Shown here piece after piece: positions 57,508 through 64,000 of a DNA stretch of 64,000 bases. The stretch is from the NCBI GenBank assembly GCA_937925715.1, contig CALAMG010000039.1:8992-72991 (forward strand), in the 5' to 3' direction. Numbering within the stretch: the first letter of the stretch is position 1; each line of letters begins with the position of its first letter. The position numbers were made by a program, and so were the translations under genes. This stretch comes from an uncultured Collinsella sp. (GTDB lineage Bacteria; Actinomycetota; Coriobacteriia; Coriobacteriales; Coriobacteriaceae). The notes under the pieces were generated by a model, which saw only the letters and a list, made by a program, of their open reading frames with translations, searched no databases and was not told the DNA's origin.

Positions 57508-59236
57508 CTCCCTTCATCTGCGATTCCGCGATGGCGCGGTACACCTCGCAGGTTTCCATAAGCTCGCCATGCGTGCCCAAGCCCACAACCTCGCCATCCT
57601 TGAGCACGACAATCTGGTCGGCGTGCAGAATCGTCGAGATGCGCTGCGCGATGATGAGCACCGCGGCATCGCGCGTCTCGTCTTGCAATGCATGGCGCAG
57701 GGCCGCATCGGTCTTAAAGTCCAGGGCCGAAAAACTGTCATCGAAGATATATAGATCGGCATGCTTCATGAGCGCACGGGCGATTGCCAAACGCTGGCGC
57801 TGGCCGCCCGAAAAGTTCGTACCGCCCTGGGCAACCGGGGTATCGAGCCCCTGCGGTTGGTCGAGTACAAAGGTGCTCTGGGCAACCTCAAGCGCGTGGA
57901 GCATGTCGCCCTCGGTCGCGCCTTCGTTACCAAAGCGAAGGTTGCTCGCCACCGTGCCCGAGAACAGCCACGCCTTCTGCGGCACATAGGCAATGCGCCC
58001 GCGGATTTCGTCTTGCGTAAGCTCGCGCAGGTCCACACCATTCAGGCGAATGGAGCCCTTGGTGGCATCGTGGAAGCGCAGCAGAAGCTTTGCCACCGTC
58101 GATTTGCCCGAGCCTGTCGAGCCAACGATCGCAGTCGTCTGACCGCGATGGCAGGCAAAGCTCAGGTCGCACAGGGTGTCCTCGTCGGCATCGTCAAAGC
58201 GAAACGACATGTGGTCGAACACGGCCACCGCATCGGCTTCGTCTTGGGGCTCGCGCGCCCCGTCATCCAGCGTGCGCTCGCCATCGACGATGCTCGGCTC
58301 AATCTCCAACACCTGCTGCGCACGGTTCAGGCACGCGGCAGCACGCGGAAGCGTCAGCACCACCATCTGGGCCATCATCACAAAGAACAGGATCAGAATT
58401 GCATACTCCAGCACCGCCGAGATACTCGCAATCTGCATGGCGTGGGCGCCTACGCGGTTGCCGCCCACCCACAGCACCGCCACCTCGGCGATGTTCATCA
58501 AAAAGAAGCTGGAGCTGTCGAGGCCCACAAACAGGTGGTTGACCTTGATGGCGTTGGCGGCGTAGTCGCTAAACACCTCGTCCAGGCGCCGCTCCTCGTG
58601 ACGCTCCTTGTTAAACGCACGGATGACGCGCACGCCCACGATGTTTTCGCGCAGCACCACGTTCATGCGGTCGATAAAGCTCTGCAAGCGCATAAAGATC
58701 GGAGCCGCGTTGGCAACCGTAAAGACCGCCGCCACCAGCACAATCGCAACGACTACGCCCAGAAGCGTGCCCATGGCAGGATCGATAAACCAGGCGAAGA
58801 TGATGCCCGCCACCGCCAAAAACGGCACGGGCAGCACCAGCTGAATCGTCTGCAGAATCGCTTGCTGAATCACGTTGATGTCGTTGAGCGAGCGCGTGAT
58901 CATCGATCCGGTGCCAAAGCGCTCAAAATCGCTGGCCGCGAGCTCGAGCGATTTGTCGTACACGGCATTGCGGATATCGCAAGCCACGTTGGCGGCCAGG
59001 CGCGCCGAAAGATAGCAGCCCAGCACCGTGCCGCCGCTAGCCATGCTGGTCGCGATAAACATGTATAGGCCGTTGCGTAAAATGTAGTCGACATCGCCCG
59101 TGGTAATACCGGTGTTGACCATGTTCGCCAGCATCGTGGGAACCAACAGCGTACCGACGTTATCCACCAGCAGCACCAGCAGCGTCACTGCGACAAGCCC
59201 TCGATATGGCTTCATAAACCTCATTAGCAGTCGCAC
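57500..59236 (-). CDS. ABC exporter, permease + ATPase (degenerate-site subunit)
   Basis: GSTGSGKS, FSGGQRQR, IFDDS, AQR. Confidence 0.93.
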   Translation of the reverse strand: MRLLMRFMKPYRGLVAVTLLVLLVDNVGTLLVPTMLANMVNTGITTGDVDYILRNGLYMFIATSMASGGTVLGCYLSARLAANVACDIRNAVYDKSLELAASDFERFGTGSMITRSLNDINVIQQAILQTIQLVLPVPFLAVAGIIFAWFIDPAMGTLLGVVVAIVLVAAVFTVANAAPIFMRLQSFIDRMNVVLRENIVGVRVIRAFNKERHEERRLDEVFSDYAANAIKVNHLFVGLDSSSFFLMNIAEVAVLWVGGNRVGAHAMQIASISAVLEYAILILFFVMMAQMVVLTLPRAAACLNRAQQVLEIEPSIVDGERTLDDGAREPQDEADAVAVFDHMSFRFDDADEDTLCDLSFACHRGQTTAIVGSTGSGKSTVAKLLLRFHDATKGSIRLNGVDLRELTQDEIRGRIAYVPQKAWLFSGTVASNLRFGNEGATEGDMLHALEVAQSTFVLDQPQGLDTPVAQGGTNFSGGQRQRLAIARALMKHADLYIFDDSFSALDFKTDAALRHALQDETRDAAVLIIAQRISTILHADQIVVLKDGEVVGLGTHGELMETCEVYRAIAESQMKGGE

Positions 59237-59724
59237 GACTCCCCCTCACCTTGATTCTCGGCTTGGCTCTCGGCAGCGATATGCTGCTTAAAGGCACCGC
59301 ACTCATCGCCGAGCGCATGGGAAAATTTTCCGATCAAGCGCATAATCTCGCGCTGCTCACACGGCTCAAGCGCGCCAAAGGCTCGCTGCTCGGCCTTGAG
59401 TGCCGGCAGCGCATAACGCTCGGCAAATCGCCTGCCCTCTTCGGTCAGGCTCACAACCTTGTTCTTACGACTGCCTTCGGCAAACTCCAACGTTGCGAAA
59501 CCCCGCGCCGTCAAGGTTTTAATTGCCGAGTTGATGGTCTGCTTGCTGTAGAACCATTCGCTTGTCAGACGGCTTACGGCAATACTGCCGCCCGCCGTGC
59601 TGGTGTCGACGAGCATCCAATAGGCGCAGTCCGAAAGGCCGCAGGCGCGCGAGAACTCCGAATAGATATGGTCGAGTCCATTGATCAACCGGTCGAAGTC
59701 GACCAGCGCAACCGCACTATTCAT
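59224..59724 (-). CDS. MarR-family regulator
   Basis: SKQTINSAIKTL, RKNKVVSLTEEG. Confidence 0.88.
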   Translation of the reverse strand: MNSAVALVDFDRLINGLDHIYSEFSRACGLSDCAYWMLVDTSTAGGSIAVSRLTSEWFYSKQTINSAIKTLTARGFATLEFAEGSRKNKVVSLTEEGRRFAERYALPALKAEQRAFGALEPCEQREIMRLIGKFSHALGDECGAFKQHIAAESQAENQGEGESCDC

Positions 59725-59741
59725 CTATCCCACCATTCGAT

Positions 59742-59800
59742 TGTCCGATTTTTGACCAATTATGTGTCTCTAGATTAGTCCGAGTTTTGACTATCGTCAA
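59742..59800 (-). promoter_or_regulatory. Promoter with two operator boxes
   Basis: TTGACG (59795-59800), 17 bp, TAATCT on the - strand; boxes GTCCGATTTTTGAC (59743) and GTCCGAGTTTTGAC (59778). Confidence 0.65.
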
Positions 59801-59905
59801 CAGGCTCTCCGCGAATGCGTGCATTTTTATGGCCTATCGGCAGAAAAAGACCGCCGGCGCGGGGGCGACGCCAGCGGTCACGTGAAAATCGGGTTTTATT
59901 GCCTG

Positions 59906-60196
59906 TTAAGCGGCGACGGCCTCATAGACCGTAGCGCCCGAGAAGCTGTCATGCAGGCTCTTGCCGGCAATCCACGGCAGCTCGACGACCTCGCAGACCG
60001 TGTTGACCAGCTCGGAGCAGTCAGTAAAGTGGCCCTTGTCGTTGAGGGCCTCGCAATCCTGAACACGCCAATAGCCATCGGTGTGCGTGATGTAGTACTC
60101 GTGATCGTTGATCGACACGAAAGCGCGCGTCTTGGAACGCAGCAGCTTCAGAAATCCTTCGAAGTCGGTCTCGACGACATCTCCAGCCTGGAACAT
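59906..60196 (-). CDS. Small acidic hypothetical protein
   Basis: 96 aa, strong AGGAGG RBS, typical codon usage, downstream hairpin at about 59850-59879. Confidence 0.7.
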   Translation of the reverse strand: MFQAGDVVETDFEGFLKLLRSKTRAFVSINDHEYYITHTDGYWRVQDCEALNDKGHFTDCSELVNTVCEVVELPWIAGKSLHDSFSGATVYEAVAA

Positions 60197-60490
60197 GATG
60201 TTACCTCCTGGCCCGGCGCCACCATGGCGCGTTGATAAACGTTGGTGCTCCTTTAGTAAAACCTTTATCAGAGGTTATGCGTTCGTCATTTAGGCAAGTG
60301 GTAAAAAACCGCAGGGTAGACGGGATAAAACGTTTAACCATCCCATTTGTTTGTCACATTCTGAAGGTACTTTTATGCAAACCCACTTTCCCAATTGGAA
60401 TCCATCCTTTTGGCCGGGCAATTGACCGTCTATCGTTTGAGCCCGACGGGTATGAACGTGGCATCTGCAACGCCACCGCAAGGAGACACC

Positions 60491-61012
60491 ATGGAGACCA
60501 TCGAAGCGCTCATTCACCGCCGCAGCTGCCGCAACTACAGCGATCGTCCCGTCGAGGCCGAAAAGCTTGCGCGTATTATCGAAGCCGGCCAATATGCACC
60601 GAGCGGCATGGGCCGCCAACCGGTGACGTTTGTCGCCGTCACCGACCCCGCGACCGTCGAGCGTCTCTCACAGCTCAACGCCCAGGTCATGGGCAGCAAC
60701 AGCGACCCCTTCTATGGCGCCAAGACCGTTGTGGTGGTGCTGGTTGACCGCAGCGTGCCCACACATCTGGAAGACGGCTCGCTCGCCATGGGCAACCTGC
60801 TCAACGCCGCCTATGCACTGGGTGTCGATTCGTGCTGGATTCACCGCGCGCATGAGGTCTTTGACTCGCCCGAGGGCCTGGAGCTGCTGGCCAGCTGGGG
60901 CCTGCCCGCCGACGGCAGCCTGCGCGGTGTCGGTAACTGCATTCTTGGCTACGCCGAGGACACGCTACCCGAGGCAAAGCCGCGCCGCGACAACGTGGTG
61001 TACGTAAAGTAA
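60491..61012 (+). CDS. Nitroreductase-family protein
   Basis: HRRSCRNY, YAPSG, LLNAAYALGVDSCWI; AAGGAG RBS. Confidence 0.88.
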   Translation: METIEALIHRRSCRNYSDRPVEAEKLARIIEAGQYAPSGMGRQPVTFVAVTDPATVERLSQLNAQVMGSNSDPFYGAKTVVVVLVDRSVPTHLEDGSLAMGNLLNAAYALGVDSCWIHRAHEVFDSPEGLELLASWGLPADGSLRGVGNCILGYAEDTLPEAKPRRDNVVYVK

Positions 61013-61047
61013 TTAGTTCCGCCGTTCTACCGAACGGCGGACCCGCT

Positions 61048-61074
61048 GAAAGGCCCCGTCCCAAATTAGCTGCC
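61048..61074 (-). repeat. Repeat family C
   Basis: Reverse complement GGCAGCTAATTTGGGACGGGGCCTTTC. Confidence 0.75.
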
Positions 61075-61085
61075 CCACTCGCAAC

Positions 61086-61661
61086 TTATCCCGCCGATGG
61101 AGTTGTCGTCGTTTCGTTCGTCTGGGCCGTTTCGGCGCCACCGCCCTGTTCGTCCTCGTCCTTTTGCGCATCGGCGATGGTGGAGGCCGCCGCAACGATA
61201 CCGCGCTGGGGCGCGACACCCGTCTGGGTCTGAGCGCCCTCGATAACTTCTGTGCCTGCATGCGCGAGCTCGGGCGATTTAAACACTGCGTCCAAGTTGG
61301 CGCCACCGCCGGCGTAGCCAAGCGCAGCGAGTGCGATGACGATCACTGCAACGACGGCCACGATCGGAACATAACGATGCCAACCAGCCGGATTGAGTCC
61401 ACTGCGGCGAGCCGCCCCGCGGCTGATGTAACCGAGCGTTCCGTCGTGCTTGAGCTTTGAGCCCACCACGCGTTTGCGGCCCCACAGCGAGGACTCTGCC
61501 TGCATTGCCAAGCGGGCGCTTGCCGAAGGATAGCCGTATTTAGTGCGCTTGAACGAGCCATCAAACCCCGAGGCGTGTTTACCCCACGTCACCGATGTCG
61601 TGCGTCGGTTGACCGGCGCGGCACTCCGCCTTCTGCGGCTCGGTTTTGAAGTCTCAGCCAT
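61086..61661 (-). CDS. Hypothetical single-pass membrane protein
   Basis: Basic N-terminus, one TM (VPIVAVVAVIVIALAALG), acidic low-complexity tail. Confidence 0.55.
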   Translation of the reverse strand: MAETSKPSRRRRSAAPVNRRTTSVTWGKHASGFDGSFKRTKYGYPSASARLAMQAESSLWGRKRVVGSKLKHDGTLGYISRGAARRSGLNPAGWHRYVPIVAVVAVIVIALAALGYAGGGANLDAVFKSPELAHAGTEVIEGAQTQTGVAPQRGIVAAASTIADAQKDEDEQGGGAETAQTNETTTTPSAG

Positions 61662-61745
61662 ATGCCCTCGCACGCCGTAACCAAATCGAAACAATAACGC
61701 TTTGGACTGTAGCACACGCGTCGCGCGCGGTCACGGGCGCCTCGC

Positions 61746-62963
61746 TCAACGGTCATCGTCCTTCAGCAAGCGCCACAGCGTTGTACGGCTTATGCCCAGT
61801 ACCTCCGCCGCACGGGTTCGGTTGCCGTGGAGATGATCTACAACCAGATGCGCGATATCTCGCTCGGTATCGGCCAGCGGTCGCAGGATATACAGGTCGC
61901 TTTCGAGCGTCGGGGCGCCAAAGGCTGCGGTCTTAATCACGTCCTCTTGGGCGAGCACTTCCTCCGCCACAGCGCGGTCCACCGCGCCCGCCCCCACCAA
62001 TATATACAGTCGTTCCGAGACCTCGCGGAGCTGCAGATAATTGCGCGGCCAGCGGTAAGCATCGAGCGTCTTCGTCGCCGCGGAAGACAGCGTGGGCGCT
62101 GCCGTCCCAAATGCGTCAGCGAGATATTCCAAATAGCGCGCAACCTTCGTCGACGCGGCTCCCTGCTCGGCGATTGCCGGCGCCACGCTCACCGCACAGG
62201 CGAAGCGCTCGGTCACAAAGGCGGCTTGATCACTTTCGCTGCCGCCCGGCATGTCATTCGCCGTCAGCACCACATGGCAGCGCGTCGCCAACGCGGTGTC
62301 GGCCATCGTGGAGACCAGCTCGCGGAGGCGCTGGGGGCCAACCGCGTTCCAGCCCTCAATGCAAAGGGTCAGCCCCGTTTGGAACAACGGCGATTCGGCG
62401 CTTTTGAGCACATGGCGCCAACCGCGCTCGGTGAGCTCATCGAGCGCAACGGAAACAAAGGGCTGATCGGCAAAAGGACCGTCCAGGTAGAGGCGCTTGG
62501 CGATCTCGACCTGACCCGCGCCCAGCTCGCCCTCGAGCATAAGGGGCACACCGCGCGCGTAGCTCTCGACGACCGGCGCAGCCACTGAAGCCGCTCCCTC
62601 AACGATGCCGTACGCGCTCGATTCGTAGCGGGCCTCAACTTCGTCGGCGTTGAGCCACTCGATACCCGCATGCGCCGCGGCACCGCGCACCTCGCGGACC
62701 ACGACGACCCAAAGGCCCCCGCCCTCTTTGTCGGTGGGGCGAACGGTCAGGCTCAGGCGCGTACCCGCACGCCCCATAACCAGACGCGCGCCGTCTCCTA
62801 TACGGTCGAGGCGCTCAGCGACAAAAGCCGCCACATCCCGCTCGAGCGCCGCGTCATTCATGGTCGAGATCGCGACGTCCCCACGCGCATCGATTGCCAA
62901 TGCCGAGGCCCCGGCAGCAGCCAGGGCCTCGGTCAAGATGTTCAGCTTGGCATCGCTATCCAT
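61746..62963 (-). CDS. Fis-HTH transcriptional regulator with a degenerate AAA (bEBP-like) domain
   Basis: LEGELGAGQ (Walker A without Lys), YRWPRNYLQL, GNRTRAAEVLGISRTTLWRLL. Confidence 0.75.
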   Translation of the reverse strand: MDSDAKLNILTEALAAAGASALAIDARGDVAISTMNDAALERDVAAFVAERLDRIGDGARLVMGRAGTRLSLTVRPTDKEGGGLWVVVVREVRGAAAHAGIEWLNADEVEARYESSAYGIVEGAASVAAPVVESYARGVPLMLEGELGAGQVEIAKRLYLDGPFADQPFVSVALDELTERGWRHVLKSAESPLFQTGLTLCIEGWNAVGPQRLRELVSTMADTALATRCHVVLTANDMPGGSESDQAAFVTERFACAVSVAPAIAEQGAASTKVARYLEYLADAFGTAAPTLSSAATKTLDAYRWPRNYLQLREVSERLYILVGAGAVDRAVAEEVLAQEDVIKTAAFGAPTLESDLYILRPLADTERDIAHLVVDHLHGNRTRAAEVLGISRTTLWRLLKDDDR

Positions 62964-63229
62964 TATTTGCCCCTGTCCGCAGCGACGTGCAACCGCCGAC
63001 GGTCGCACGACCGAGTGTTTCAAAATTGAACGATATTGCTCACCAAACACTATAGGGCAGAAAGCGCCGTCCTGCGAGTATAGGTGTTGCCCCGCATCGC
63101 CATCCTGGCGGGGCGATAAGAGCTCTTCGGGACTTATAAACCTGCGGACAAGCCATACCCGCAAGAGCTCCTATCGCTCCACCGTGAGAATGCGCTCACC
63201 AGCACGCAGCACGCAAACAAGCTACTTCT

Positions 63230-64000
63230 CTACCAGATTCCCAGTACGTGTTGCATTCCCAAACTCATGCACGCAATGCCAATCCAGCAGCAAAAGCCCA
63301 GCGCGATGGGCTTGCCGCCCTTTTTGACCAGCTCGATGATATCGGTATTAAAACCAATAGCCGCCATGGCCATCACGATAAAGAACTTCGACAGCTCCTT
63401 GATGGGCGCCGCAAAGGACGCGGGAAGCTGAAGCACCGTGGTGATCACGCTCGCCAGCACAAAGAACAGCACAAACATGGGAAACGCGCGTTTAAGCGAG
63501 AACGTGCTCCTAGCGTCGCCGCCGGCCTTGCGCGCCAGATGCATCTGCCAGCAAGCAAGCGCCAGCGTGATGGGAATGATGGCCAGCGTCCTGGTGAGCT
63601 TGACCACCGTGGCGCTCTCGAGCACATTGGCGCCGGGATGCATGCTGTCCCAAGCGCTCGCCGCAGCCGTTACGGACGAGGTGTCGTTGATGGCGGTACC
63701 GGCAAACAGGCCGAAGCCCTCGTTGGTCAGTCCGAGCATGCCGCCAAGCGTCGGAAACACGAGCGCCGCGATAACGTTAAACAGGAAGATAACCGAAATA
63801 GCCTGGGCAATCTCGCGATCGTCGGCATCGATGACGGGTGCGGTCGCGGCGATGGCAGAACCGCCGCAAATCGACGAACCCACACCCACAAGCGTCGCGA
63901 TCTTACCCGGCACGTTCATGACGCGGCAGAGCACAAAGGCGATGACAAGCGAGGTCGAGATCGTCGCCACGATAATCGGCAGCGACTGGGCGCCCTTGGA
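63230..64000 (-). CDS. YeiH/UPF0324 putative sulfate-exporter-family membrane protein; 5' end outside the window
   Basis: [31 protein letters not shown]. Confidence 0.88.
   Translation of the reverse strand, partial: SKGAQSLPIIVATISTSLVIAFVLCRVMNVPGKIATLVGVGSSICGGSAIAATAPVIDADDREIAQAISVIFLFNVIAALVFPTLGGMLGLTNEGFGLFAGTAINDTSSVTAAASAWDSMHPGANVLESATVVKLTRTLAIIPITLALACWQMHLARKAGGDARSTFSLKRAFPMFVLFFVLASVITTVLQLPASFAAPIKELSKFFIVMAMAAIGFNTDIIELVKKGGKPIALGFCCWIGIACMSLGMQHVLGIW

Overview
64 kb of high-GC chromosome, inferred from gene content and repeat families to come from a gut Coriobacteriia bacterium such as Collinsella. It is mostly housekeeping and metabolic: an LpdC/AroY-type UbiD decarboxylase with a DASS transporter, pdxK, tex, transaldolase, rlmKL, kup-kdpD-kdpE, an LTA-synthase-family gene, tRNA-Ser(UGA), lemA, ilvE, cysE and three heterodimeric ABC exporter pairs. 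I saw no prophage, integrase, transposase or CRISPR-Cas. The unusual signals are as follows. (1) An LpdD-like chaperone fused to an IDI/Nudix domain sits upstream of the UbiD gene and may supply its prFMN cofactor. (2) A large LANTG-anchored surface-protein gene is nested inside two 61-62-bp-period box arrays and two inverted, co-varying ~130-bp hairpin elements. (3) Two convergent AAA_14/DUF4143 ATPase genes each have their own three boxes spaced exactly 33 bp apart. (4) ilvE has a candidate leaderless uORF and SD-sequestering leader. (5) TadA is fused to glycerate kinase. (6) A short KdpD and KdpE are paired with Kup. (7) There is a dense set of REP/MITE-like intergenic repeats. All products are assigned from motifs read by eye; no searches were run.
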